In this document: positions 50,334 to 63,241 of the stretch, in pieces
How positions within the stretch are numbered: the first letter of the stretch is position 1
Layout: each line of letters starts with the position of its first letter
NCBI GenBank assembly: GCA_037447605.1
Contig: CM074815.1
Span: 310,001-374,000, forward strand
DNA: 64,000 nt
Direction of reading: 5' to 3'
From: Zygnema circumcarinatum SAG 698-1b
Lineage: Eukaryota > Plantae > Zygnematophyceae
Notes under the pieces: model-generated
Databases searched by the model: none
Seen by the model: the letters and a program-made list of their open reading frames with translations, nothing else
What the model was told of the DNA's origin: nothing
Translations under genes and position numbers: made by a program

Positions 50334-53300
50334 TCAGAGGTCCTTTGCTTTCCTTCGCAGCTCATTCAGTTCTGCCTCAATTTCCAAATCCTTTACGGAA
50401 ATCCCCGAGCTAACGGCGGGGCTGCTTCTGCCAGGTGGCAGTTCGCCGGATGTCTGCAGACGGCACATATATTGCAAAGCTCGACACAATATCAGACTGA
50501 ATTCAAAAAGGAAAAACAAAAAAACATAATGTAATAGTTCAACCTCATCTTTTAGATAACTTGAACGTGAACAGGTCGTGTTGAAAAAAAGCTATGGGAG
50601 GCGAACAAAGGTAACTGCCCTTCATCTTGCCCCCCCTCCACTCTCTCTCGCTCCCTCTCTCCCTCCCTCGTTCCCTCTCCCTCTCTCTCGTTCCCTCTCT
50701 CCCTCCCTTGTTCCCTCTCCCTCTCCCTCTCCATCTCTCCCTCCCTTTCCTTCTTCCTTTCTCCCTCTCTCCCTCTCCCTGCCGTCTCCCTCTCCCTCTC
50801 TCTTGCTGATCTAGTTCACTTCTTTGCACTGAAACGCAGTTCTATGAGGATCATTTCCCTGTCGAGCAGTTTCAGTTCCGTGAGACTGTACCCTTGATGA
50901 GCCGAGCATGTCTCGCTTCAGAGCAGCCAAATCGTCGTCGACATCACCACTCTCCAATAAGGCGAACTGTGTAAGCCTCCCAACATCACTTTTTTCACTC
51001 AGAACATCATCGGAATTATATAGAGACCTTTCATAACTAACATCATTTCTCGCTGACCTACAACATCACACTTTTGAGGGTTCACACATTGACCTAGAGC
51101 TGAAAAGAGAGCGATGTAAACATCACATATCTGGCAATCCCTGCATCATCTTGGTGTGATGTATGCATGAAGCAGAGGTGATGTCGCACCTTGCTGGCTA
51201 AGTCATCCTTAGTCAGTTCGTTGACTGCCTCGGACTGAGCTTCCAAAGCCAATACTGCAACGAGGCGAGAACAGCAGAGAACAAATCAAATCAATAATAG
51301 AGAACAAGTTTAAGGGAAGGAGAGGGCAAAAGGGAGAGGGAGGAGACTGAGGGAGGAGGGGAGGAAGTAGGCAGAGGGAGAGACTGGAGAGGGAGGCAGG
51401 GGGCGACTGAGGGAGAGAGAAAGGGGAAAGAGAGAGAGAGAGAGATTGAGAGAAGAAGAAGGGGAGGAGTATGAAAGCAATATAGTAGTTTAGTAGTGTA
51501 GTAATATACTAGTAGTAGTAGTGTAGTAGTATTGTGTGTAGTATTAGTTGGTTACAACTTCGTAAGAAACGTACATGGTATTAAACGACCTCAAAAGAGA
51601 AAATAAGGGGAGATGAATATGGGGAATTGAGGTAAACCTTTCTCCTCCATCCTCTCAAAGGCGGCGAGAGAGCTGCTTGTGTTGATGCCGCCCAACATCT
51701 CGTTCACCTTTTGTGCGGTCCTGCAGTCCGACGTGCTTACACGTGTGTGAGGGGGAGTGAGGAGAGGGGCGAGGGAACAGAAAAAACGGGCGAGAAGGAC
51801 GAGAGGAACGAGGAGAGAAATAGAGAAGAACAAAGAGAGAAAGAGAGGGGAATGAGGAGAGAAAGAGAGAAGAACGAAGAGAGAAAGAGAGAGGAACGAG
51901 AAGAGAAAGAGAGAAGAACGAAGAGAGAAAGAGAGGGGAACGAGAAAAGAAAGAAAGAGGAAGGGGTAGGCGGACTGGAGAGAGAGAAGTGTGGCGATAG
52001 CCGTATAGAGAGGAAAATATGGACAGCTGGCATGGAGCATACTTAGCAGACTGTGCCCGGGCTTTGAGCGTATCTTTCTTTGACTTCGCCTCCTGAATCT
52101 TGCTTTCCAAGAGCTGCAAAAATCACCACAGGTAGAAAGGCCTTCTTTCAGTTTATTTCTTACCCTCCCATTTATCTGATAGACGTTCGTTTAGGAAAAT
52201 GCTTATGTCCAAACCTGCCTTTCCTGGAGTCAGAGCTGACAAAATAGAAACTAAAAACCGAATCTAAATGCAGGTAGAGGAGGTAAACTAAAATCTATAG
52301 GTTTCGATACTCATTAAGATCATAATCCTTGACTATTTAATAGCCTTGATGCATCAGAATAGACAAACCGACAAGGCACACTAACTTGGCGTGTCCCCTA
52401 CATTTCTCCCTTCCCACCTTCCATCCTCTCTCTCTCCCTATTCTCGATTTCTCTTCCCCCTTTCTCTAGTCTCTCTGCCATTACACATCCCCCCCCTCCT
52501 TCCACTCTTCCCAAGTCCCTCTCCCTCCTTCCGAGCCCCTCTCTCTCAACCTTCCAAAAACAAGGAGACGAGCTCACCCTTGTATTGGATATCAGCTTCT
52601 CCACAACAGACTTCTGCTGCTCAAGCTGCGAGCCCAAAGCCTTTGCATTATCCTGCTCCCCAAACCGAACACACATAGCCGGCTCAGCTGAGAGAGAGAG
52701 AGAGAGAGGCAGAGAGAGAAAAAGAGTGAGAGAGTAGATTCAAATTGTCCGCACCTCAAAGTCCTTCCTCCTCTTGAGCGCCTCCTTTGCCAAAAGTTCG
52801 TCTCCCTTCTCAAGGGCGAGCTTTGCTCTCCGATACCTGCCCAGAACAGAAGAAATCGGATATATTAGAGAAATCTGAATAAAATAGAAAACTAAAATAT
52901 TGGACTGGTGGCATTAAAAGGACAAGTTCGTTCAGAGACTGATCACATTAGACTCTGCACTGACGGTTGATCAGCTGAAGAACACTCAGGTCAACTAACT
53001 GACTATCCTTCGTCTCTGACTTCCTTCACCCCTCGACTCTCAATATTAAGGGTGGAGTAAAAACTTTCCAATTCCGGTTTGTGGCATAACCCCAGCCCGC
53101 AGAGAGTAAAAGTGAGAGAGAGAGGGTAAGTAGGGGAGACCGAGAGAAAGGGAAAGAGAGAGAGGAATCTGCCTCTACTGTATTTCTTGATAACTTCTTT
53201 TTTTCTTTTTCTTTCAACGACTTTAACTTCCAAAGCTTTACCAGTCATCAGCATTTTGCTGCGCCTGCTTGCATCGGTTCTCCAACTGCTTCTGTGATGC

Positions 53301-53679
53301 CAGGACCTGAAAATAGACACAATCGTTCAAATCGATCAACATTCAATTCTCAAATCCCGAGAATAAAAATCACCTTCTTCTCAGTTGGCCAACTTCATCA
53401 ATCGCATCGATAGGTGGTATTGAATGTTGACATGCTTACTCAAGCCTAACCTGCTGTCCTTCTTTCAAAAGGGCACTTCTGCATGCTTGTCTTCTCTCAA
53501 TTGTCTTTCTGCTAAACATGAAGCCCTCTTGCACTCACTTAATTTCTGTGTGTAATTGATCCCTCCCCCTCCCCCCTAACCCCTACCCCCTACCCCCTCT
53601 CTACCCCGCTCCCTCTCTCCCACACTCCCTCCCCCATCCCGCCCCCTCCCTCCCCTTCTCTCTCCTCCCTCGCTCCCCC

Positions 53680-53733
<54 letters not shown>

Positions 53734-55045
53734 TACATGTGTATGTACCTGGGCTGAGGTCTGGCGAAGTTTGATCAAGTCCTCATTCATCTCCTCCACC
53801 GTCTGGTCGAGAAGCTTCTCCGGGTCCTCTGCAGCAGTCACTGCTGCATTTGCGTATGACTGCAAAAACAGGTCATAAAATCGGTGACCACATACACGAG
53901 TTAAACAACCATTACAACAGTCTTCCAAGGAAATTTGTCAAATTCAAACAGAATAATATCAGATTATGTACCCATTACATACATGTAAAACATGTCAGCC
54001 TTACCTTCACAATGCGAACGACCCGGTCAAAAAGGTTCATTTGTGAAGCCAAAGCCCCTCCTCCAGGTGCCGCTCCCTCCCAAAAGGAGGCAGCCAATGA
54101 CCGGCTGCTCTCTGCTACAAGCCAACGAAGGCACCAAGGCAAACAAAATAAACAAATTAAAAACAAGGGGAAGATCAAATTTAAATGCTTGATTGCTCGA
54201 AATTTACCGGAAAAAATGTAGTTTTCAATACTTGCAGAGAAAGAAAAAGCGAAGATTGACTTCGCAATTTGGAAGAAAAGTTGAAGAGAGGAAGGATAAC
54301 GGAAGCAGCGGAGGCCGAATTAAAAAAACAACAGAGAGAGAGGGGGAAAGAGAGAGAGAGAAAAAGAAAGAGAGGGAGACCTGCCTCGTACCATAGCCAT
54401 TCACTTCACAGGAAACAAGGATGCGATAACTCATACAAGCTTCAGGCGAATTTAAAGACCTAATACAGCTTCAAGCATACAGAGAGAGAGGGAGAGAGAG
54501 AAAGAGAAGAAGAGAGATAAAGCGAGAGAGCACAGCACTTCATGCCCTCTACACAGCTCCCACAGTTCATCAAGCAGCAAAATTCAAGCTCAATTCCGCC
54601 AAGTTGTGCTGCATCCACTAATCCATCCATCGCCGTTCGTCATAGACCCGCTTTTAGTTTCCAGTTCCAGTTCCAGTTCCACTTTCAGTTCACATCCACT
54701 TTAACTTCCACATCCACATCCAGTTCCAATTCCAGTTCCAACTTCAGCTTTAGGTTCATGCCTGCCACGTTTCATTGTATTCATTCGTTCAAGTGCCTGA
54801 GCGAACCCTGCTTGAGCCAGCTCACCTCCGCCATCAAAGAATCCCGAATGCAGGGACCGCCTGCAAAAGCTGCTCAAGGAAGCGCCAACCGCCGCTTGGG
54901 GGCTGGAGGCCCTGAACCCTAATCCCTGGCCAGGGCTCCTGCAAGTGTTTGCCGCGCTCCGGTCATGGCTGCCCTTGGAGAGCGCCTTCTGCAGAGAGCT
55001 CGGAGCAGTTATCGCGCCAGCGGCGGCGAAGCTGGTGGCAGCCAT
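50334..55045 (-). CDS. VIPP1: Vesicle-inducing protein in plastids 1 (PspA/IM30, ESCRT-III-like), 11 exons
   Basis: Transit peptide, then [12 protein letters not shown] | SYANA...[27 protein letters not shown] | [10 protein letters not shown]...ADDW | [24 protein letters not shown] | ...KLISNTR | [24 protein letters not shown] | [27 protein letters not shown] | [10 protein letters not shown] | [17 protein letters not shown] | GELPPGR...[15 protein letters not shown] (VIPP1-specific C-terminal helix). All introns GT-AG. Confidence 0.96.
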
Positions 55046-56157
55046 GGCTGGCAAGCTTCCAAAAATCAATACAGTTTTCGATGTCTTGAGTTTCTCTCCC
55101 TCTTTCTCCCTCTCTTTATCTCTCTCCTTTCACCCCTCTCTCTCTCTCCCCCTGCCTTTCTCTCTCTCTGTCCCTCAACCCTCGTCCCCTCTTCCTCTCG
55201 CTTTCTCTTCCCCTCTCTCTCCCTCTCTCGTTCCTCTCTCTGTCTCCCTCTCCACACTTCGAAAGCCTGAACGAAGCCTTGCAAGCGGAGCAGTGACTTT
55301 ACCAAGGCCCTCCCTCGCCGACTATCCTCCAATCGAAATTTGCCACGTGTACAAAAGCGTCAACGTGGCAGTTTCCCACTGGTTCCTGTCCCGCAGTGGC
55401 GCCCTTTGCTTGGCCCGCGGGGAAGGGGGAGGGAGGGAGATGGCGTGTCGAGAAAGCAGGGCAGGGGGGGGCTTCGCACGTGTGAACACAAAACTCAGCG
55501 TCGACATCGTCGTTGTTCAAAAAACAAAGGAAATCGTGCGGTACCGTTGGCAGTGTGAACGGGTCGAGAAGTGTCCAGAAGGTTCCAGGGTTTGGCCTCA
55601 TTGCTGCCTTTCTTAGCAATGTTGGGCCAAGAGCTAACAACATGTGAACCATGTTTTTGTTGCGCATGCATTGTGGTAATGGAAAGGATTTGGCATCCAG
55701 AAGCAGAGTTCAGCTCATGGCTCTTTCCTTTCGTCCCTAGGTCCGTTGTGAGCGGTTGGTTCCTCATGGTTCATTTCCCCATGTTTGTGTTGTGCATGTG
55801 CATTCCATGGTATCGCCATCATGAAATCATCGTGAGATCATCATCATAATATGAACAATAGTAATAGTGATAGTTTTGTTGCCACTTCAACATAGCTCCT
55901 TCCATATGTCCGTGAACTTTGAAAGCGTTGGCTGACAGTGATCGCCTCATAGTCAGTCAGGCCAATTGAGCTTTACCAATTCTCGTCGGTTTGTTTTATT
56001 CCACTATTAGATTATCGCATTTTGGCTTCACAATTCTCATAGGTTCGTTCCTTGTGCACTGAGACCTTCGGACATGTTCCAAAGATGAAGTTTAGATGTA
56101 GAAAGAGATTGCTTTTGACTACGGGGACGTGGGAATAGGGCAGGTGAAAAAATGAAG

Positions 56158-56230
56158 TGGAGACGCGGGGCATCGATCCCCGTACCTCTCGCATGCAAAG
56201 CGAGCGCTCTACCATATGAGCTACACCCCC
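56158..56230 (-). tRNA. tRNA-Ala(UGC)
   Basis: GGGGGTGTAGCTCATATGGTAGAGCGCTCGCTTTGCATGCGAGAGGTACGGGGATCGATGCCCCGCGTCTCCA: 73 nt, anticodon TGC, G3:U70 alanine determinant, followed by a T6 Pol III terminator. Confidence 0.95.
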
Positions 56231-58206
56231 GAACGACACACACATACTTTCAATGCAATTTAAAATATAAAATTTTCCAAGATATTACTTCATAAGATAG
56301 ATACATTTTCCCGCTTTGAGAGAAGCCTTGAACAAAGTAACAAGATGCTCCATAAACAATTCCCTATACAACTTCTCAAAGAGAATCCTAACGACCTTCT
56401 CTGCCTAGCGCAGAGTTTAAAATTAAAAAATGCCTTGTCAAATTTTGGTGCCAAGCTTTCTGCTCAGCCTTGTACAGATTAATGAGATACTCCACATACA
56501 ATCACTGCATCTCACAACTTTACCTAAAAAGAAACTAACCGTAAAACCTTTCTTTGCAGGGCAGACACTCGCTAGTGCCAAGCTTTTTATTCATCTTTTC
56601 GGTCCTCCTCACCTGTCACTATTCAAGAACTTATAAGCCATACCTCAATTTTATAAAACAGGAGTTACGAGCATGGACAAATAGAAAACGTCCTTTTGTA
56701 AATCAGGGGGGGAGGGATTTTACACATCAAACTACCGGAATGTGTAGGACCGATAGTCGTGCATTGGAGGGTTTTGCTTATTTTTACCATTGCAAATACC
56801 CTCCTCAACTTGGTAACTTTCACACAGGTGTGGTACAAAGAAAATGGCATTCAGTGATACACCGGAGAAGCGCAAACGTCAACCTCAACTTCGGCCTATT
56901 CGGGTTGTGGGTTTATGGTTTATTGAAACCTATAGAGTCGTTAGGGTTTAGCTGAATGTACAAAGGTTCTTAACATCTACCGAGAATGGGAACACGATTC
57001 ATCCACGAGAGCGACTGAACGACACACCTCCACATTAGGGTTTCTATCTAAGAAATTCGCAAAAGAACCATTCGGGAGAGCTCTCGTTCAGAACCAAAGA
57101 AAGCGAGTCAGAACCCCCTTTCTATGCATTGAGCCCTTCTTTCAATCATCGAGGAAACCCCGTAACGTAGTGCCCATAGAGACGCATTCACGATCCAAGC
57201 ATTCAGTTCTAGTTTGGCGAGCAGTTGGATTCGATGTCATGTCACCTTTCCTAAACTGACCATCTCTGCCCACACCCTGCTTTCGCATCGCTGGGTTTCC
57301 TGCTGTTACTCGTTTTGCTGCTACTCGGTGACTCGGTCGTCCCTAACGGAGTCGATGCCGACAGGATCCGAGGAGAACAGATTCCAACAGAACTGCTCGC
57401 GCCATGGATCCTCTGCGAATGTAACCTACAAACCGTGGCGGTATCGAAGGGATCTTGTTCGCATTTCGAATACTTTGGCTGCCCTAACCGAGGCCAGAGT
57501 CACTTCCAGACCTGCGGGAAGAGCAAAAACATTTCACGATGCAGCACCTTCTTCTTCTCCTGCACGGTAAAACCCCTCATGAGAGCCCTGCTCGCTGTAC
57601 ATAGAAAACCATGAGGAGGTCATATGACAGGGACGCTGCTCTGGCACTACGGAAAGGTGGAAATCGGGAGGGGGGGGGGGGGTGGGCGGGGAGGAGAGGA
57701 AGAGGGAAGAGGGGGCCGGAAACGGAGAAAGAACGGGATAGGAGTAGAAATCCCTAAGGAGATCATTTCCAAGTGGTTTCCACAGAATCAAGGTGATTCT
57801 GCAGGCCCTGACATTGACAGCACAGCCCTCTCTCTCTACTACTCGCTCCTACTCGAAACAGGAGAGACGCCAGCCTTTGACGTATACTGAGACAGAGCAC
57901 GCTTAAAGATTGCCACGTGACTGGAAGGCCTCAAGTAGCATCATAATCCCAGAGAGAATCTTCGCCGAGCTGTCACAGCTCAGGCTTTTGGCAAATGCTT
58001 CGCTCCGGTGCTAACCAAGGAAGGGAAGGACGAGAGAGAGGGGGAGGGAGAGAAAAAAAGGGAGAGGGAGAGGGAGAAAGAGAAAATGGAGTGAAAAAAG
58101 GGGTTTGCAGTGAAGTTTGACGTCTCCTGCGAGTGCCGAAACTCTGTGTAGGGGAAACAACACGACGACGATCGCATGGAAACGTATGGAAACGGGCGCA
58201 TACCCT

Positions 58207-58744
58207 TTAACGCCGGCGGCCTCGATAGTCATCATCACGATAGTCGCTGCGATAGCCGCTGCGATATCCGTCCTCACGAGAAGAGGGGCCTCGAGGGCCG
58301 GGATTGCGGGCAAAGGTGAGACGGAGAGCGGGTGAATCACGCTCGAGCTCATCAAAGCGATATCCTGACCACTCGTAAAGTGGCACGTGTTAGGGCATGG
58401 AGAGAGGAGCCAGGTCAGACCTTCCAGGCCGTCCTCATCAGCGGCGGAGAGGAAGTACGTCCGACACGTTCTTCCCAAAAGCGTAAAATCTGAGCACGCT
58501 TTAGGCAGCAATACCTGCCCGCCTCATACCTTGTAGAGCTTCTAGCGCCGTTGCTGCGCAGCGCGCATCTGCAAACTCAACAAAGCACAACACCACTTTT
58601 TCGCCTGCAGCCTGCAACAGGCTGCCGTTGAGGTCAGCACGTGTAAGAAGTGGAGAACAGAGAGAAACAGAGGGAGAGGTAGAGTGAAAAGAGAGAGCCG
58701 GAAAGAGACACAAGAGGGAGAGATCTGAAAGAACTTGGACACAG

Positions 58745-58840
<96 letters not shown>

Positions 58841-60810
58841 GAGAGTAACAAGAAATGTGAGCTAGGACACCATACGAAAGACCAAAGCAAATATAGATTG
58901 CAACCAAACAACAAGTAGAAAATTGCTAGTAGCCAACAGGAAAACAGAACAATTGACTTACCCTCTTTGCTTCCTTGTGAACAAGTCGCACCTCCTTGTA
59001 TCCAATGAATGGCCGGAATATGTCTGGCAAGCTGAAAGTCAAGGTGAACAGCAACCCAACCAAGCAACAAACTAAATCTTGCACAGAAAGCTGCATCGGC
59101 CGCATGAATGTCACATTTCCCACTATAACCGGCAAACTCTTCACGTCATTCACTGATTCCAACACAAACTTCAAAGACACACTACCTCACGACTTTTGTG
59201 CAAGAGCCACAAAAGTCAACGAACAAAAGCAAAATAGCATCCCCAGTGAAGGATAAAACATAAAAGTGGGGGGAGAGGGGGATACGCGCTGCTTCACGCT
59301 TGCTGCAGTCTACTGGAAGCCCATCGACGAACAAAGTTGCAGAGGCGTCGGGAGGAAGAAGGTCCAAAGCGCTTCTTTCTTGCTCTACCGCACCTCCATT
59401 TATCACTAAGGTTCGAGCGTCCATTTGAGCCAACGCTCGTCCTCCCGCAGGCCCAAGAAACATGTCTTCCGGCAAAGCCAGTGGCAGTCCTCCTACTCCG
59501 CCTGCTTGAAGGCCTAGCTGGCTGGCCAATCCGGGCGTTAAATTTGTACTGTAAACCTGCAGTAAGGATCCAAACATATAAATAGAAGATATTGAGTCAA
59601 ATAACAACGTCAGATCAAGGATAGCATTGCAGCAGGGCCACCACTGCGACTTTGATACCTCAAGGGTTCTCCGAGGGGAACGACAAGGAAGACACCTGGA
59701 CGCGAATAAAGCTTAACCTATAGACTTCGGAAAAGGAAAAAGGGAACGAAGAATTATTCAGAGCTTTCCGCAAATTGAGCAATACTTATCTTGAAAAATA
59801 AAGGTAGCGATATTCTTTAGAAAAATAAAAAAGGGTAGCATTTGCTAAATTTAGACATGCACATGCACATGAGGAGAGCAAGATCCGAATGATCGTTGTG
59901 TTTGATTTGTAGGAGGAACTCACCAATTCAGACGCAGGAAGAGGCTCCTGGTCCCTCCAAGTGTTGCGAGGAGCGTTCCTGTCCTCATAGCCGCGGTCTG
60001 CTCTCGGCGCATATCCGACCTCCCGTTCAGTTGCTCGTGGCGCGTAGGGAGTGCCTCTTGCAGAGGGAAGCTCGTCTGCATCATCTTTTGAGGATAATAC
60101 GCCACTTCAAGGTAACGTTACATTCAAGAAAAACAAGCCAATTTTCAAAAAAGTGACAAAACATCAGGAGAGCACCTTCAGCAGTTAGGGCTATTGCAGG
60201 AAATTGAACTGATACGGTCACTGAACTGAACTGAAACTGTTGCTTACAATCCAAGTCTAAAACATTTCGACAATCGTAAGTGTTTCCGTCCAGGCAGGGA
60301 GGAGGATAGGATGCAACTTTCCAGACCATCAGCCTCGACATCGACGTCAACATCAGCATCACAAACCTGGACATGATGTATTCATGGCCCATGTCGTCAC
60401 CACAAAAGTCCAAAACATAATCGCCAAAATCATAGCATGACTATCCAGCTTAGCTTAGCTTTGCTTTGCAAAGTTAATAGTAAACGAGCAAGAAAGTACC
60501 AAAGAAAAAGATTTCGATAGAAAAATTGCATAGAAACAAGGGCAAACAGCAAGAAATACAGACAAGGCAAACCAGCAAGAACATAGCAAAAATTGCAGCA
60601 AAACAGGATCTCCCTGAGCTGCAAGTGAGTACCATAAGCATCTCCATACTCGCGGCGAGGCCGCTTGGACACGGGCGAAGGAACAGTTCTGCGCTGCTCC
60701 GGCGCGTACCGCTCTCCTCCATTCGGATAACGCTCGCCTCCTGCATAGCGCGTCTCAGCCGCGGCAGCATAGCGAGGCTCAGTCGCCTGTCTGTACTGCC
60801 ACTCCGCCAT
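58207..60810 (-). CDS. Plant nuclear-speckle RNA-binding protein (NSR)-like RRM protein
   Basis: LPPDASATLFVDGLPVDCSKREAAH | IFRPFIGYKEVRLVHKEAKR | AAGEKVVLCFVEFADARCAATALEALQG | YRFDELERDSPALRLTFARNPGPR...RRR*. The N-terminal exons (MAEWQYRQ...; ...TEREVGYAPRADRGY...) are less certain. Confidence 0.8.
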
Positions 60811-60835
60811 AGCCGCCGCCGTGGCCTTCTCCAGA

Positions 60836-61011
60836 GCGAAAGGATGCGGTTACAAGGGAGAGATATTTGCTTGCAAGAAGCGAAAGGATGCAGTTACAAT
60901 AGAGAGATATCTGCTTGCAAGAAGCGAAAGGATGCAGTTACAATAGAGAGATATCTGCTTGCAGGAAGCGACAGGATGCAGTTACAATAGAGAGATATCT
61001 GCTTGCTTGCG
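60836..61011 (+). repeat. 44-bp tandem repeat x4 just upstream of the NSR-like ATG
   Basis: gcgaaaggatgcagttacaatagagagatatctgcttgcaagaa at 60836, 60880, 60924 and 60968. Confidence 0.9.
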
Positions 61012-61873
61012 AAGCGGAATCTGAATGCTCTATTCCCTGCTTCCTCCTTCCAAGGCTCCGCCAAGCAGGCACTTGCCCTGCTATCCTGCACCGCCCTGCA
61101 GGGGAGCTAGCTCAGGGGTGAAGTGACGGTGGTGGCTCAAATTTGTAAAATGTTTCAGCCAAAATTTGTAAAAAGAAAAAGATGCATGGGACGTACGGTT
61201 CTGGGTCTACTGGAGCCCTTTTAGGGTTCAAGGGCTTTGGGCTCAGGGAGGGTCCAGGGAGGGTTCAGGGCCTGGAGCGAGGGTTCAGGGAGGGTTCAAG
61301 GCCCTCCTAGGATTTGGGAATCGCTTTGGTTCCATAGTCATTGGTGGGCGGTTGGTTCCTCGTGGTTCTCCATGTTGATGTTGTTGTGCATGTGCCTTTC
61401 ATGGCATCGCCATGCGCGAGACCAATGCCAACATCAATTCCCGATAAAGAAAAGAACGAAAGCAGAAAATGCGGGGGTGAATTGGCATTGGCATCCAAGG
61501 ATGAAGGATGGATTGCCATGAAAGGTGCATGTTCAACAGCGACAACAACATGCGGACACACGAAGAACTGCTCACTCACAAAGGCCCTAGGGACAAAAGG
61601 AATGAGCTATGTGACCATACTTGCTTCGCGACCCGACAACAACACGGCTCTAGGAGCAGCCGGGAAGGGCGCCGATGTGGGCCACGTGGCGCTAAGGAAG
61701 AATGTGGATTGTTGGCATTGATCCCACGATGGCGGCATGCACATGTTCAACCAAAACATGGGAACATTCATGGGAACTAAAGCCTTATCCAAAAACTTGA
61801 CTAGCTATGGTAAGTCACATTGGTTACTTAACTAGGGTCCCATAACTGGACTTGGTAACTAAAAATCTTCCAA

Positions 61874-62172
61874 ATACCGTACCGTACAAAAATAAAATTT
61901 GTAAATTACCGCATTTCCTGCTAGGGAAATATTATTACTTTCTAGGCTCCCAACCGCTCGCGAATTACCGTACACATTAACAATACGAAATGGTACGACC
62001 ACAGTTTTACCGTACACAAGATGGTACAAAAACCCGACCGTACCGTACGAATAAGTCGGTTCACCACCTGCGCGCCCATCTCCGTACAAATGTACTATAC
62101 GACATGGTACGAATCAGTGTACTGTAACCGTACATTATATGGTACAGTACGGTCAATCGAGCGTACCGTACG
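61874..62172. repeat. CCGTAC/GTAC-dense element
   Basis: About 15 or more GTAC cores in 300 bp, counted by eye. Confidence 0.65.
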
Positions 62173-62349
62173 TTTTATGTCGGTGGCTCCGCCCTCATCT
62201 TGAGTCGGTCGGTCCGGCCGAGAGCGGAGCCGTCCGTCGGCCTGTGCGGCGGCGACGGCCGGCGGCCCTTGCAGGCTGCGATGCGACCCACGCCGACTGG
62301 CCCGACCGCCAGAGGGGCGGCCCCCGCCGACTGCGAGCGACTCCTGGCT

Positions 62350-63230
62350 GTGCTCTCCATCTCCTCTCCCTCTCCCTCTCCCTCTCCCTCTGCTTCTCCC
62401 CAATTTCCCCTCTCTCCCTTTCCCCCATTTGTCCCTCCCCCTTCCTCTTCCTCTCCCTCTCCCGCTCCCTCTCCCTCTGCTTCTCCCCATTTCCCCCTCT
62501 CCCTTTCCCCCATTTCTCCCTCCCTCTTCCTCTTCCTCTCCATCTCCCTCTCCCCCTCTCCCCCATTTCCCCCCCTCCCTTTCCCCCATTTCTCCCTCCC
62601 TCTTACTCTTCCTCTCCCTCTCCCTCTCCCTCTGCTTCTCCCCCATTTCCCCCTCCCCCTTTCCCCCATTACTCCCTCCCTCTTCCTCTTCCTCTCTATC
62701 TCCCTCTCCCCCATTTCCCCCCCTCCCTTTCCCCCATTTCTCCCTCCCTCTTGCTCTTCCTCTCCCTCTCCCTCTGCTTCCTCCCCCATTCCCCCCCTCC
62801 CTTTCCCCCATTTCTCCCTCCCTCTTCCTCTTCCTCTCCCTCTCCCTCTCCCTCTACTTCTTCCCCATTTCCCCCTTTCCCTTTCCCCCATTTCTCCCTC
62901 CCTCTTCCTCTTCCTCTTCCTCTCCCTCTCCCTCTGCTACTCCCCCATTTGCCCTCTCTCCCTTTCCCCCATTTCTCCCTCCCTCTTCCTCTTCCTCTCC
63001 CTCTCCCTCTCCCTCTGCTTCTCCCCCATTTCCCCCTCTCCCTTTCCCCCATTTCTCCCTCCCTCTTCCTCTTCCTCTCCCTCTCCCTCTCCCTCTCCCT
63101 CTGCTTCTCCCCCATTGCCCCCTCTCCCTTTCCCCCATTTCTCCCTCTCCCTTTCCCTCTCTCTCTCCCTCTCCCTCTCCCTCTCCCTTTCCCTCTCTCT
63201 CTTCCTCTCCCTCTCTCCCCCACTCGCCCA
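62350..63230 (+). repeat. Compound pyrimidine-rich minisatellite (ctgcttctcccccatttccccc...ctttcccccatttctccctccctcttcctcttc units)
   Basis: Recurrent higher-order units directly upstream of the SLC4-like ATG. Confidence 0.85.
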
Positions 63231-63241
63231 CTGCCCTGAAA

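Noticed and set aside
55299-55767. ORFs upstream of VIPP1 as a separate gene
   Set aside because: No recognisable domain or splice pattern; more simply the VIPP1 promoter (G-box-like motifs) plus a CATG-rich repeat remnant.
58410-58450. Intronic C/D-box snoRNA in the NSR-like gene (TGATGA...CTGA on the minus strand)
   Set aside because: The boxes are only about 26 nt apart, too short, and there is no terminal stem.
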